From the NCBI GenBank assembly GCA_030153045.1, contig JASLID010000002.1, positions 734 through 64,733 of the forward strand: DNA of 64,000 bases, given 5' to 3'. Below the pieces are notes generated by a model, which had not been told where the DNA came from, did no database searches, and saw nothing but the letters and a program-made list of their open reading frames with translations. The stretch is from Flavobacterium sp. Lineage in GTDB: Bacteria > Bacteroidota > Bacteroidia > Flavobacteriales > Flavobacteriaceae. Both the position numbers and the translations under genes were made by a program. Shown piece by piece: positions 1 to 10,758 of the stretch (positions are counted from its first letter, which is position 1; each line of letters begins with the position of its first letter).

Positions 1-993
1 TCTAGAATTGAAAATATCAATTGCTGCATACACTGCTTCTGTAAATGAATTATGATCAGCAAGACCTTTTCCCGCAATTTCATAAGCCGTACCGTGATCT
101 GGCGATGTTCTTATTTTATTCAAACCCGCTGTATAATTAACTCCTTTACCAAACGATAGAGTTTTAAAAGGAATTAACCCTTGATCGTGATACGTTGCAA
201 TTACTGCATCGTATTTTTCATATTGATTGCTTCCGAAAAATCCATCTGCGGAAAACGGCCCAAAAACCAAAATCCCTTCATCGTATATTTTTTTCAATGA
301 CGGTTTTATAACTTTATCTTCTTCATCTCCAATTACTCCATTATCACCCGAATGCGGATTTAACCCTAACACAGCAATTTTTGGTTTTCTAATACCAAAA
401 TCCTGAATTAGTGATTGATTTATAGTTTTTATTTTAGTACGGATTAAATCTTCGGTTAAATGCTTTGCTACTTCGTTAAGCGGCACATGATCTGTCAACA
501 AACCTACACGTAAATTGTCTTGAATCATAAACATTAGAGCATTTCCGTCTAATTCCTGATTTAAATAATCGGTATGTCCCGGAAAAGAAAATTCTTCAGA
601 CTGTATGTTCGATTTGCTTATTGGCGCGGTTACCAAAACATCAATATCACCATCTTTCAACGCTTTCGTTGCGGCAACAAATGATTTTACAGCATATTTA
701 CCAACGGTTTCATCTGCTTTGCCATACTCAATATTCACCCCCTCTTTCCAAACATTCAACACATTGATTTTACCAATCACCATTTGATTCAAATGATCAA
801 TTCCGTGCAATTGAGCAGACAACTCTAAGTTTTTCTTTAAAAAGGAAAGTATTTTTACATTAGCAAAAATAATTGGCGTACACAACTCCAACATTCTGTT
901 GTCTTCAAACGATTTTAGAATGACTTCGCTTCCTATTCCGTTTAAATCCCCAATAGAAATGCCCACAATTATATTTTCTGGTCTTTTTGTCAT
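1..993 (-). CDS. pdxA: 4-hydroxythreonine-4-phosphate dehydrogenase PdxA; the 3' end runs off the window start, so roughly the last 20 aa are missing
   Basis: Absent from the ORF track because it is open at the window edge. Manual reverse translation from the ATG (complement of 991-993) gives MTKRPENIIVGISIGDLNGIGSEVILKSF, then LNPHSGDNGVIGDEE, ATYHDQGLIPFK and SPDHGTAYEIAGKG. The frame stays open to base 1. Confidence 0.85.
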   Translation of the reverse strand, partial: MTKRPENIIVGISIGDLNGIGSEVILKSFEDNRMLELCTPIIFANVKILSFLKKNLELSAQLHGIDHLNQMVIGKINVLNVWKEGVNIEYGKADETVGKYAVKSFVAATKALKDGDIDVLVTAPISKSNIQSEEFSFPGHTDYLNQELDGNALMFMIQDNLRVGLLTDHVPLNEVAKHLTEDLIRTKIKTINQSLIQDFGIRKPKIAVLGLNPHSGDNGVIGDEEDKVIKPSLKKIYDEGILVFGPFSADGFFGSNQYEKYDAVIATYHDQGLIPFKTLSFGKGVNYTAGLNKIRTSPDHGTAYEIAGKGLADHNSFTEAVYAAIDIFNSR

Positions 994-1013
994 CAGTTCA
1001 ATGTATTTATTGC

Positions 1014-1021
1014 TAATTTTG
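1014..1021 (+). promoter_or_regulatory. candidate -7 box (TAATTTTG) upstream of ribE
   Basis: Exact match to the Bacteroidota TAnnTTTG motif, 30 nt before the ATG. Confidence 0.4.
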
Positions 1022-1050
1022 AATGCAAATTTACTAAAATAAAGTCAGTA

Positions 1051-1641
1051 ATGTTTACAGGAATTATAGAAACTCTCGGCACCATTAAAGCATTGAAAAA
1101 AGAAGGTGAAAATATTCACATCACCGTTCAGTCTCACATCGCAAATGAATTGAAAATTGACCAAAGCGTATCCCACAATGGTATTTGCTTAACCGTTGTA
1201 AACATTGACAATGACAATTATACCGTTACAGCCATTAAAGAAACCATTGACAAAACCAATTTGTCTTTTTGGAATGAAAATGAGACAGTAAATCTGGAAC
1301 GCGCCATGAAATTAGGTGACCGCTTAGATGGACACATCGTGCAAGGTCATGTGGACCAGACCGCAGTCTGTAAAAACATTGAAGAAGCGAATGGAAGTTG
1401 GTATTTTACTTTTGAATACGATAAAAACCTAAACAACATTACCATTGAAAAAGGTTCTATTACCGTAAACGGGGTGAGTTTGACCGTTGTCAATTCAAAA
1501 CTGAATGAATTTAGCGTAGCTATTATCCCTTACACTTATGAACACACTAATTTTAAAAACTTTAAGATTGGAACTGTGATTAATTTAGAATTTGATGTCA
1601 TTGGGAAGTATGTAGCAAGACTTCATGCTTTGAATCAATAA
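1051..1641 (+). CDS. ribE: riboflavin synthase (alpha chain)
   Basis: 196-aa ORF starting MFTGIIETLG, with two internally similar lumazine-binding halves (..SHNGICLTV.. and ..TVNGVSLTV..). Confidence 0.9.
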   Translation: MFTGIIETLGTIKALKKEGENIHITVQSHIANELKIDQSVSHNGICLTVVNIDNDNYTVTAIKETIDKTNLSFWNENETVNLERAMKLGDRLDGHIVQGHVDQTAVCKNIEEANGSWYFTFEYDKNLNNITIEKGSITVNGVSLTVVNSKLNEFSVAIIPYTYEHTNFKNFKIGTVINLEFDVIGKYVARLHALNQ

Positions 1642-1678
1642 AAAAATCCCAAACTCCTTTCTGGAATTTGGGATTTTC
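1641..1678. terminator. bidirectional intrinsic terminator between convergent ribE and glyQS
   Basis: Stem AATCCCAAA (1645-1653) pairs with TTTGGGATT (1667-1675). It is flanked by an A-run and a T-run. Confidence 0.7.
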
Positions 1679-1699
1679 TATTTATACTGCTAAGAAATA

Positions 1700-3241
1700 T
1701 TACATTTTCATCAACCAGTTTCTAACCGAAACTTCGCTATTGATAATTCCTCTTAATTCAGTGATTTTTACACGATCTTGTTTCATGGTATCTCTATGAC
1801 GAATCGTTACCGTTTCATCTTCTAATGTTTGGTGATCGACTGTGATACAGAAAGGCGTCCCTAAAGCATCTTGTCTTCTGTAACGACGACCGACAGCATC
1901 TTTTTCATCGTAAGCTACGTTGAAATCCCATTTTAACTCTTCAATGATATTACGAGCTACTTCTGGTAAACCGTCACGCTTAATTAAAGGCAAAACAGCT
2001 GCTTTAGTTGGCGCTAAAACCGAAGGCAATTGCAATACTGTTCTTGTTGAACCGTCTTCTAATGTTTCTTCTTTCAGAGAATTAGAGAAAACAGCCAAGA
2101 ACATTCTATCTAAACCAACCGAAGTTTCTACCACATAAGGCGTGTAGTTTGCATTGGTTTCTGTATCGAAATATTGTAATTTTTTACCTGAGAATTTTTC
2201 GTGTGCTTTCAAATCGAAATCGGTACGCGAATGAATTCCTTCCAATTCTTTGAATCCGAATGGGAAATTAAATTCGATATCCGCCGCAGCATTGGCATAA
2301 TGCGCTAATTTTTCATGATCGTGAAAACGGTAATTTTCTCTTCCTAAACCAAGAGACAAATGCCATTTCAAGCGCGTTTCTTTCCAATATTCGTAATACT
2401 GCATTTCTTCGCCTGGTTTTACAAAAAACTGCATTTCCATTTGTTCGAACTCACGCATACGGAAGATGAACTGACGCGCCACAATTTCGTTACGAAACGC
2501 TTTTCCTGTTTGCGCAATCCCAAAAGGAATTTTCATACGACCCGATTTCTGAACATTTAAGAAGTTCACAAAAATACCTTGCGCTGTTTCAGGACGTAGG
2601 TATAAATCCATTGCGTTTTCTGCAGAGGCTCCTAATTTTGTACCGAACATTAGGTTGAACTGCTTTACATCTGTCCAATTTCTTGAACCTGTATCTGGAT
2701 CTGCAATTTCTAATTCTTCTATTAGTGCTTTTACGTCGGCCAGATTTTCAGTTTCCAATGAACGGGCCATTCTTTCCAGAATTTCCTTCTTTTTAGAAAG
2801 ATATTCAACTACACGAGCATTTGTTGTAACAAACTCTTGTTCGTTGAATGCATCGCCAAAACGAGCTTTGGCTTTTTCGATTTCTTTTTGTGCTTTTTGG
2901 TTTAATTTTTCGGCATAATCCTCAATTAAAACATCAGCACGGTATCTTTTTTTAGAATCTTTGTTGTCAATTAATGGATCATTGAAAGCGTCTACGTGAC
3001 CGGAAGCTTTCCAAGTGGTTGGATGCATTAATATCGCAGCATCAATACCCACGATATTTTCGTGCATTTGCACCATCGATTTCCACCAATATTCTCTAAT
3101 GTTTTTCTTTAGTTCTGCACCATTTTGAGCATAATCATATACTGCGCTCAAACCATCGTAAATTTCGCTTGATGGAAAAATATATCCATACTCTTTTGCA
3201 TGCGAAATTACATTTTTAAATAAATCTTCTTGTTTTGCCAT
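1700..3241 (-). CDS. glyQS: glycine--tRNA ligase (single-chain GlyQS type)
   Basis: 513-aa ORF with class II aaRS features and the N-terminus MAKQEDLFKNVISHAKEYGYIFPSSEIYDGL, typical of the dimeric GlyRS form. Confidence 0.93.
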   Translation of the reverse strand: MAKQEDLFKNVISHAKEYGYIFPSSEIYDGLSAVYDYAQNGAELKKNIREYWWKSMVQMHENIVGIDAAILMHPTTWKASGHVDAFNDPLIDNKDSKKRYRADVLIEDYAEKLNQKAQKEIEKAKARFGDAFNEQEFVTTNARVVEYLSKKKEILERMARSLETENLADVKALIEELEIADPDTGSRNWTDVKQFNLMFGTKLGASAENAMDLYLRPETAQGIFVNFLNVQKSGRMKIPFGIAQTGKAFRNEIVARQFIFRMREFEQMEMQFFVKPGEEMQYYEYWKETRLKWHLSLGLGRENYRFHDHEKLAHYANAAADIEFNFPFGFKELEGIHSRTDFDLKAHEKFSGKKLQYFDTETNANYTPYVVETSVGLDRMFLAVFSNSLKEETLEDGSTRTVLQLPSVLAPTKAAVLPLIKRDGLPEVARNIIEELKWDFNVAYDEKDAVGRRYRRQDALGTPFCITVDHQTLEDETVTIRHRDTMKQDRVKITELRGIINSEVSVRNWLMKM

Positions 3242-3301
3242 AGTGGTGCAAAAATAGGAAAAGAGAATGAAAATTTTAGAAGAAAAAAAGCAAAAAAAGG
3301 A

Positions 3302-4150
3302 TTACTTTAAAGAAAAAACTGTACTTCCAATTAAATTTATGCCTGAAAAGATATTTATTTCATAATCTCCTTTTTGAATATCATTCTTGTTAGGATCTAC
3401 AAATACACAGACATCCATTTCATCATTATCGTAAAATACGTTTGTCATGGCACTATAATGCAAAAGTCGGTCTTTAGATTCTACAAACTCTCCTTTTTTG
3501 TTAACTACTTTATTGCTTGGGTTAAGAATTTGTATAAAAATATCTTTGTTCCCTTTTATAGCCGCTTTGTTTTCAAGCAATGTAAAGCAAACTTTGATTT
3601 GTTCAGTAGCACTAAAGCGTTTGGTTTCGATGATATTATTGGAGACAATTTTAATCCCGTTAGCATACACATTCGTCGCTGTAAGATTTTTAGAAACCGC
3701 AATTACCCTTTCATTATCAGAATTCTTTTTACTTAATTCTTTATTTTTTTCTACTAAAATACTTACTTGAGTAGCTAAAGATTTATTCTCCTCATTTTGG
3801 TTTTTCAACACAGATTTGAGCGAATCGTATTTTTCAGTTACTACTAAATTATTGTCAGTACTTTCTTTCTGAATTATTTTTACAACATTCTTATGGTTTA
3901 TTTTCTCATCCTTTATTGGAGTAATGCTAATATTGTCTAACAATTTTTTGTTTTTAACCACCTCTGCATCATAACGGTTAAAAATTTCTTTTAAATCGTT
4001 AACGTATGTTTTTTTATCTAGTTTTAAGGTTTCTTCTAGTTGTTTGTTCTTAAGCTGACTATCATAGTATTTCATGGCGAAAATCAACGTTGCAGACAAA
4101 AACACAACAGAGGATAATTTAACCATTGTTAATGTAGTTTTAATAGTCAT
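3302..4150 (-). CDS. hypothetical membrane-anchored coiled-coil protein
   Basis: 282-aa ORF with an N-terminal hydrophobic helix (LSSVVFLSATLIFAM), a Lys/Glu/Asn-rich predicted coiled coil and a C-terminal beta-rich region. No recognisable catalytic motif. Confidence 0.55.
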   Translation of the reverse strand: MTIKTTLTMVKLSSVVFLSATLIFAMKYYDSQLKNKQLEETLKLDKKTYVNDLKEIFNRYDAEVVKNKKLLDNISITPIKDEKINHKNVVKIIQKESTDNNLVVTEKYDSLKSVLKNQNEENKSLATQVSILVEKNKELSKKNSDNERVIAVSKNLTATNVYANGIKIVSNNIIETKRFSATEQIKVCFTLLENKAAIKGNKDIFIQILNPSNKVVNKKGEFVESKDRLLHYSAMTNVFYDNDEMDVCVFVDPNKNDIQKGDYEINIFSGINLIGSTVFSLK

Positions 4151-4220
4151 GGATTGGGAAATTTCTAATTTTTACTAAATTTATCTTTTTATAGTTTTAT
4201 AAAAAAATAAAATCGACGAA

Positions 4221-4904
4221 ATGCTTAAAAAACTGATAAATTTATTTTACCCTAAACTCTGTTCTGGTTGTACTAACCTACTTATTCAGAGTGAAAATTT
4301 AATTTGTGTTTCGTGCAGACATGCGTTACCACAAACCAACCATTTATTACATGTTGAAAATGAGGCTTTTAAAAAATTTTATGGAAAAATTCCTGTCGAA
4401 TTTGCTTCGTCAATGTTGTACTATCATAAAAAAGGAATAGTCCAGCAACTCATCCATCACTTGAAATACAAAAACCAACAAGAAATTGGAAAATTAATAG
4501 GTGAATGGTATGTTAACGACCTCAAAGAGAATAAAATAATTCAATCCGTTGATTGTATAATTCCAGTGCCTCTTCATCAAAAAAGACTGAAAGAGCGTGG
4601 ATATAATCAAGTGGAAACTTTTTGCAAAGCTATTGCGAGAGAATTAGAAAAGCCCTTTGAAAATTCGCTATTGGTAAGAAACGAATATGCTAAAACTCAA
4701 TCTAAAAAGAATTTAGTGAATAGGAACTCGGTTTCAGAAAGCACTTTTCAAGCTGAGTCTTCTGAAGTATTCCACAACAAACATTTTTTATTAATCGATG
4801 ATGTTTTAACAACCGGAGCAACACTTGAAGCTTGTGGCAAAGCATTATTAAAAATCCCTGGCGCTAAATTAAGCATTGTTACCATGGCTTTTTCCCAATC
4901 GTAA
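4221..4904 (+). CDS. ComF family protein (phosphoribosyltransferase-like)
   Basis: 227 aa. N-terminal CxxC...CxxC zinc-finger-like motif (CSGC..CVSC) and a C-terminal PRTase motif LLIDDVLTTGATL. Confidence 0.8.
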   Translation: MLKKLINLFYPKLCSGCTNLLIQSENLICVSCRHALPQTNHLLHVENEAFKKFYGKIPVEFASSMLYYHKKGIVQQLIHHLKYKNQQEIGKLIGEWYVNDLKENKIIQSVDCIIPVPLHQKRLKERGYNQVETFCKAIARELEKPFENSLLVRNEYAKTQSKKNLVNRNSVSESTFQAESSEVFHNKHFLLIDDVLTTGATLEACGKALLKIPGAKLSIVTMAFSQS

Positions 4905-4976
4905 GTTAGTGAAACCAATAAAAATATTTCGTTTCCACTAAATATAGTTGTTATTTTGTGCTGTAATTATGGTTTT

Positions 4977-6578
4977 ATGAGAAAAATAAAATGCTGCATA
5001 TATATCGTTTCAACTTTACTTTTCGTCGTGAGTTGCGCCAAAAGGGGCTCTATTACGGGTGGTGATAAAGACATTCTTGCCCCAAAGATTGTTTCAAGTA
5101 ATCCTAAGAATTTTTCGACCAACTTTAATAAGAAAACCATCAAAATCACCTTTGATGAATATGTAAAGATTAAAGATTTGCAAAAAAACCTGATTGTATC
5201 TCCTTTTATGGAAAACCAGATCACGGTTTTACCTCAAGGAAGTGCCAGCAAACAAATTACCATTAAAATTAACGACACTTTAAAAGCAAACACTACCTAT
5301 AGCTTTAATTTTGGCCAAAGTATTATTGACAATAATGAAGGGAATGCTTTTCCGCAATTTAAATACGTTTTCTCAACTGGAGCCGAATTAGACTCTTTAA
5401 CTGTTGAAGGAACCATCAAAGATTCTTACGAAAGAGAAGCAGACACTTATGTAAATGTAATGTTGTACGAAGTAGACGAAAAATTCAATGATTCGATTGT
5501 TTACAAACAAACACCAAGATACATTACCAATACTTTAGACAGTTTAAAAACCTTTAAAATTGAAAATGTAAGAGCTGGAAAATACAAGCTTATTGCGCTA
5601 AAAGAAAAAACTCCAAATTACAAATTTGACCCCAATAAAGATAAAATAGGATTCTACAATCAAACCATAATCGTACCGGACAAATCTATATTTGAACTTG
5701 AATTGTTTAAAGAAACTGCACGATTTAACGCAAAAAAACCAACGCAAGCTTCAGGTAACAAAGTTTACGTGGGCTACGAAGGAAATCCAGAAAACATTAA
5801 AATTTCTGCAAAACACAACAACAATCCAATACAAACAAGAGTAACAAAATTCCCTGAAAAAGATTCGCTTCAAGTTTGGATTGCACCTATCAAAAACGAC
5901 TCTATTCTTTTAAATATTGAAAAAGAAAATTTCAAAAAAGACTTTGTAGTGAAGCTTAAAAATCAAAAGCAAGATACTTTGAGTTTGAGAACAAAGCAAA
6001 AAGGCGTACTCAATTTCAATGAGAATTTCACCATAAATACTTCTACCCCTCTTGATAAATTTGATTTTTCGAAAATGAATTTAACAAAACAGGATTCTTC
6101 TAAAGTAGCTTTCAAAACCAATTATGATGAGTTTTATCAAAAATTAGAAGTTTTATTTGAAAAAGAACCAAACCAAAAATATACTTTTGAAATGCTTCCA
6201 AATGCTGTTGAAGATTATTTAGGACACGCCAATGATAGTATAAAATTTAGTTTTTCTACTAAAAATCATACTGATTACGGGAATTTGAAAGTGAATCTGA
6301 AAAATGTAAAATCATTTCCGATCATTGTCGAATTAACAGATAAAAAAGGTAATATTCTGGAAAGTAAATATTCGACAGACAATCCTGTGGTTGAATTTTT
6401 ATTGATAGAACCAAAACAATATTCTTTACGTGTTATTTACGACCAAAATAGCAACAAACAACGCGATACCGGAAGCTATTTAGAAAATCGTCAGGCCGAA
6501 GAAGTAATCCATTTCCCTACAGAAATTGATGTTCGCGCCAACTGGGACGTCAATCAAGAAGTTGATTTGGAAAAATAA
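4977..6578 (+). CDS. Ig-like-domain lipoprotein, function unknown
   Basis: The ORF track starts at 4956. The internal Met at 4977 gives a lipoprotein signal MRKIKCCIYIVSTLLFVVSC with lipobox VVSC. The rest is beta-rich and has no catalytic motif. Confidence 0.6.
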   Translation: MRKIKCCIYIVSTLLFVVSCAKRGSITGGDKDILAPKIVSSNPKNFSTNFNKKTIKITFDEYVKIKDLQKNLIVSPFMENQITVLPQGSASKQITIKINDTLKANTTYSFNFGQSIIDNNEGNAFPQFKYVFSTGAELDSLTVEGTIKDSYEREADTYVNVMLYEVDEKFNDSIVYKQTPRYITNTLDSLKTFKIENVRAGKYKLIALKEKTPNYKFDPNKDKIGFYNQTIIVPDKSIFELELFKETARFNAKKPTQASGNKVYVGYEGNPENIKISAKHNNNPIQTRVTKFPEKDSLQVWIAPIKNDSILLNIEKENFKKDFVVKLKNQKQDTLSLRTKQKGVLNFNENFTINTSTPLDKFDFSKMNLTKQDSSKVAFKTNYDEFYQKLEVLFEKEPNQKYTFEMLPNAVEDYLGHANDSIKFSFSTKNHTDYGNLKVNLKNVKSFPIIVELTDKKGNILESKYSTDNPVVEFLLIEPKQYSLRVIYDQNSNKQRDTGSYLENRQAEEVIHFPTEIDVRANWDVNQEVDLEK

Positions 6579-6585
6579 TATCGCT

Positions 6586-7350
6586 TTAAATTAGCTGAAA
6601 CTTATCTTTATCATTTAAGAAATTCAATTTTTGACGGGTTTCCATCAATTGATTTTTATCTAAAAGGATGATTTTTACCGCTTCGTTTTCAAAAGGCTCA
6701 ATCAAATAATCGCCGAGATAATTAATTATTTGCGAATGGCCTGAATATTCGTGATTATTCCCATCTAAACCAATTCTGTTTACCCCAATCACATAACTCA
6801 TATTTTCGATGGCACGCGCTTTTAAAAGAGCATCCCAAGCATTAATTCGGGGTTTGGGCCAACTGGCCACATACAATAATAAATCATAATTCTCTACATT
6901 CCGGGAAAATACTGGAAAACGTAAATCATAACAGATCAGCGGACAGATTTTCCATCCTTTATATTCAATAACTACTTTTTGGCTTCCAGCAGTAAATATT
7001 TTTTCTTCCGATGCTAATGAAAACAAATGCTTTTTATCGTACGTTTTTATTTCTCCGGAAGGAAAAACAAATACCAATCGGTTGTAAAATTTACCGCCTT
7101 CAGAAATGACTATACTCCCTGTAATAGCGCAGTTTTTAGCTTTAGCCGAAGCAATCATCCAGGAAACAGTTTCTCCATTCATGCTTTCTGCAACTGAAGA
7201 TGGATTCATGGTAAATCCTGTAGAAAACATTTCGGGAAGTACAATTAAATCTACTTCTTCTGAAATGGAATTGATTTTTTCTTCAAAATAATTTCGATTG
7301 GCTTGGGGATTTTCCCAGGTTAAATCAGATTGAATGATGGTTATTTTCAT
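6586..7350 (-). CDS. carbon-nitrogen hydrolase family amidohydrolase (omega-amidase/YafV-like)
   Basis: 254 aa. Nitrilase-superfamily Glu-Lys-Cys triad contexts are present: LPEMF, YDKKHLF, ICYDLRFP. Confidence 0.85.
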   Translation of the reverse strand: MKITIIQSDLTWENPQANRNYFEEKINSISEEVDLIVLPEMFSTGFTMNPSSVAESMNGETVSWMIASAKAKNCAITGSIVISEGGKFYNRLVFVFPSGEIKTYDKKHLFSLASEEKIFTAGSQKVVIEYKGWKICPLICYDLRFPVFSRNVENYDLLLYVASWPKPRINAWDALLKARAIENMSYVIGVNRIGLDGNNHEYSGHSQIINYLGDYLIEPFENEAVKIILLDKNQLMETRQKLNFLNDKDKFQLI

Positions 7351-7356
7351 ACTTAT

Positions 7357-7869
7357 TTATTTTACAACCCAAGCACTAAAAAATGCTTTTACTTTATCGA
7401 CACTATACCCTTTACCTTCTTCCAAAGAACCGGTTTCTTGGACATGAATTAACTCCCCTTTCTTATTTAAAACCATAAAAATCGGATACCCTTGTTTATC
7501 TCCGGGATTACCATATTTAGCAAAGAATTTTTCGTTTTTGTTCTTTGGAGACCAATTCAAATGGTAATACAAATAGTTTGCATCGATTATTCCTTTCAAC
7601 TCGTCAGATTTCTGAATAAAATTATTCAATCGCAAGCACCAAACACACCAATTCCCTCCTACTTGGAGTATAATGTTCTTATTTTCCACTTTGGCTTTGG
7701 CAACTAATTCCTTCACTTTTACCTCAGCATCTTCCATTTCGTGATACGGTTTAGGCAATGATGCTTTTTCGGCTTCTACTTGCTTTTTCTTTTGTTCTTT
7801 TTCTTCTGCTGTCTGTGAGAAACTAATAGCTGTGACTAGCAACAATGTGAGTAAATATATTTTTTTCAT
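7357..7869 (-). CDS. secreted thioredoxin-fold protein
   Basis: 170 aa with a signal peptide (MKKIYLLTLLLVTAISFSQ) and a redox motif WCVWC. Confidence 0.8.
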   Translation of the reverse strand: MKKIYLLTLLLVTAISFSQTAEEKEQKKKQVEAEKASLPKPYHEMEDAEVKVKELVAKAKVENKNIILQVGGNWCVWCLRLNNFIQKSDELKGIIDANYLYYHLNWSPKNKNEKFFAKYGNPGDKQGYPIFMVLNKKGELIHVQETGSLEEGKGYSVDKVKAFFSAWVVK

Positions 7870-7910
7870 GTGATCTTATTTGATTGTTAAATTAACAAAA
7901 ACTAAGCCAT

Positions 7911-7936
7911 AAAAAAAAGCGTCCGAAGACGCTTTT
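7911..7936 (-). terminator. intrinsic terminator after sdhB
   Basis: Stem AGCGTC/GACGCT with a 4-nt loop, and eight U residues on the minus strand. Confidence 0.75.
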
Positions 7937-7940
7937 CAAA

Positions 7941-8702
7941 TTATTTCAAACTCGCTTTCAAATATTCTCTATTCATACGAGCGATATTTTCTAGTGAAAT
8001 ACCTTTTGGACATTCGATTTCGCAAGCTCCTGTATTCGTACAGTTACCAAATCCTTCTTCGTCCATTTGACGTACCATGTTTAATACACGATTAGTCGCT
8101 TCTACTTTTCCTTGTGGTAATAAAGCGTATTGAGACACTTTAGCTCCCACGAATAACATCGCAGATCCGTTTTTACAAGATGCTACACAAGCACCACAAC
8201 CAATACAAGCTGCTGCTTCAAAAGATTTGTCGGCATCTTGCTTATTAATTGGAGTTGCGTTAGCATCGATAGTATTTCCTGAAGTATTTACAGAAACGAA
8301 ACCTCCGGCTTGTTGAATTCTATCGAAAGAACTTCTGTCAACCACTAAATCTTTTACTACTGGGAAAGCTTTAGAACGCCATGGTTCAATAAAGATAGTA
8401 TCTCCATCGTTGAACTTTCTCATGTGCAATTGACATGTTGTTGTTCCGGTATCTGGTCCGTGAGCTCTACCATTAATGTAAAGCGAACACATACCACAAA
8501 TTCCTTCGCGACAATCATGGTCGAAAGCAACAGGTTCTTTTCTTTCGTTGACTAATTGCTCGTTTAATTGGTCTAACATTTCCAAAAACGAACTAGCTGT
8601 AGAAACATTATCTAATTTATAAGTTTCCATGCTCCCTTGTGCTTTAGCGTTTTTTTGACGCCAAATTTTAAGGTTGATATTTATATTTTTTGCTGCAGAC
8701 AT
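7941..8702 (-). CDS. sdhB: succinate dehydrogenase/fumarate reductase iron-sulfur subunit
   Basis: Cys clusters for 2Fe-2S (CREGICGMC), 4Fe-4S ([11 protein letters not shown]) and 3Fe-4S ([12 protein letters not shown]). The ORF track begins at a TTG at 8753 that overlaps sdhA. The ATG at 8702 is the likelier start. Confidence 0.9.
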   Translation of the reverse strand: MSAAKNININLKIWRQKNAKAQGSMETYKLDNVSTASSFLEMLDQLNEQLVNERKEPVAFDHDCREGICGMCSLYINGRAHGPDTGTTTCQLHMRKFNDGDTIFIEPWRSKAFPVVKDLVVDRSSFDRIQQAGGFVSVNTSGNTIDANATPINKQDADKSFEAAACIGCGACVASCKNGSAMLFVGAKVSQYALLPQGKVEATNRVLNMVRQMDEEGFGNCTNTGACEIECPKGISLENIARMNREYLKASLK

Positions 8703-8730
8703 AACTTTATCTTTTATACCTAATTGGCTA

Positions 8731-10740
8731 TTATTTGTAATTACGAGCTGCAATTTTAATTGACTCGTATTTTAAAACTTCTTTGTGTAATTCTTCTTTA
8801 CTGATGTCATCGCCTTTGTATTCCCAAGCACCTACGAAAGCAAAGTTTTCGTCATCACGAAGCGTTTCTCCTTCAGCGTCTTGGTACTCTTCACGGAAGT
8901 GACCTCCACAAGACTCATTACGTTGCAACGCGTCCATTGCCATTAATTGCCCTAAGTCGATAAAATCAGCTACACGAAGTGCTTTTTCTAATTCGGCATT
9001 CATTTCGTCATTGCTTCCAGGAACGAATACGTCTTTGTAGAAATCTGCTTTTAATTGTGCAATTTCAGCAATAGCTTCGGTTAATCCTTGAGCATTACGT
9101 CCCATCCCTACTTTATTCCACATAATCAAACCTAATTTTTTATGGAAATGATCTACAGTTTTGGTTCCGTTATTGTTTAAGAAGAAATTGATTTGATCTT
9201 TAACTCTGTTTTCAGCTTCTACGAATTCTGGAGAATCTGTAGAGATTTTTCCAGTTCTGATTTCATCTGCTAAATAGTTAGAAACCGTGTAAGGCAATAC
9301 GAAATAACCATCGGCTAAACCTTGCATTAAAGCCGAAGCTCCCAGTCGGTTTGCACCGTGATCAGAGAAATTAGCTTCTCCAGCTACGAAACAACCTGGA
9401 ATAGTCGATTGTAAGTTATAATCAACCCAAACACCACCCATAGTATAGTGCACTGCTGGGTAAATTTTCATTGGTGTTTCGTACGGATTCTCATCTGTAA
9501 TTTTTTGGTACATGGTAAACAAGTTACCATATTTTTCTTCTAACCATTTTTTACCCAATGAAGTGATTTCTTCTTGAGAAGGATTGTGATTTCCTTTAGC
9601 ATAAGCTACTTGTTTTCCTTTAGATTGAATCTCTGATGAGAAATCCAAATATACTCCTTCATTGGTATCATTAGCTTCAATTCCGTGACCTGCGTCACAA
9701 ACTTCTTTTGCGGCTCTTGAAGCCACATCACGAGGTACTAAGTTTCCAAAAGCTGGATATTTTCTTTCTAAGTAGTAATCTCTATCTTCTTCGGCAATTT
9801 GTGTTGGTTTTAATTTTCCAGCACGAATCGCTTCTGCATCTTCTTTTCTCTTTGGCACCCAAATACGTCCTGAGTTACGCAATGATTCAGACATCAACGT
9901 TAGTTTTGACTGATTCGTTCCGTGAACCGGAATACATGTTGGGTGGATTTGTACGTAACATGGATTAGCAAAAGCCGCACCTTGTTTGTGCACTTTCCAA
10001 CCAGCAGTTACGTTACTTCCCATAGCATTCGTTGAAAGGAAATATACATTTCCATATCCTCCAGAAGCAATAATAACCGCATGTGCCGAATGTCTTTCGA
10101 TTTCACCAGTAACTAAGTTACGTGCAATAATTCCACGAGCTTTTCCGTCAACCTTAACTAAGTCTAACATTTCATGACGGTTGAACATTTCAACACGCCC
10201 TAATCCTATTTGACGAGATAAAGCAGAGTAAGCTCCTAACAACAATTGTTGTCCTGTTTGTCCAGCAGCATAAAAAGTACGTTGTACTTGTGTACCACCA
10301 AACGAACGGTTATCTAATAAACCTCCGTATTCACGAGCAAAAGGAACACCTTGAGCCACACATTGGTCGATAATATTTCCTGAAACTTCCGCTAAACGGT
10401 GAACGTTTGCTTCACGCGCACGGTAGTCACCACCTTTGATTGTATCGTAGAATAAACGGTAAACAGAATCCCCGTCATTTTGATAATTCTTCGCTGCATT
10501 CACACCTCCTTGTGCAGCAATTGAGTGCGCACGACGAGGAGAATCTTGAAAACAAAATGCTTTTACATTGTAACCCATTTCACCAAGTGAAGCGGCTGCA
10601 GAAGCACCTGCTAAACCGGTTCCTACCACAATAACATCAATTTTAGGACGGTTATTTGGAGCAACAAGCTTTAAATGATTTTTATGATTAGTCCATTTCT
10701 CTGAAATAGAACCTTCTGGTATTTTAGAATCTAACTTCAT
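8731..10740 (-). CDS. sdhA: succinate dehydrogenase/fumarate reductase flavoprotein subunit
   Basis: 669 aa. FAD-binding fold [17 protein letters not shown] and the covalent-FAD His context [11 protein letters not shown]. Confidence 0.95.
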   Translation of the reverse strand: MKLDSKIPEGSISEKWTNHKNHLKLVAPNNRPKIDVIVVGTGLAGASAAASLGEMGYNVKAFCFQDSPRRAHSIAAQGGVNAAKNYQNDGDSVYRLFYDTIKGGDYRAREANVHRLAEVSGNIIDQCVAQGVPFAREYGGLLDNRSFGGTQVQRTFYAAGQTGQQLLLGAYSALSRQIGLGRVEMFNRHEMLDLVKVDGKARGIIARNLVTGEIERHSAHAVIIASGGYGNVYFLSTNAMGSNVTAGWKVHKQGAAFANPCYVQIHPTCIPVHGTNQSKLTLMSESLRNSGRIWVPKRKEDAEAIRAGKLKPTQIAEEDRDYYLERKYPAFGNLVPRDVASRAAKEVCDAGHGIEANDTNEGVYLDFSSEIQSKGKQVAYAKGNHNPSQEEITSLGKKWLEEKYGNLFTMYQKITDENPYETPMKIYPAVHYTMGGVWVDYNLQSTIPGCFVAGEANFSDHGANRLGASALMQGLADGYFVLPYTVSNYLADEIRTGKISTDSPEFVEAENRVKDQINFFLNNNGTKTVDHFHKKLGLIMWNKVGMGRNAQGLTEAIAEIAQLKADFYKDVFVPGSNDEMNAELEKALRVADFIDLGQLMAMDALQRNESCGGHFREEYQDAEGETLRDDENFAFVGAWEYKGDDISKEELHKEVLKYESIKIAARNYK

Positions 10741-10758
10741 AATATATTCTGATGTTGA

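Noticed and set aside
605-787. 60-aa plus-strand ORF
   Set aside because: It lies antisense inside pdxA, which is a confident CDS on the minus strand.
994-1050. Expected an FMN (RFN) riboswitch upstream of ribE
   Set aside because: Only 57 nt separate divergent pdxA and ribE. That is too short for an RFN element, and no conserved RFN core is visible.
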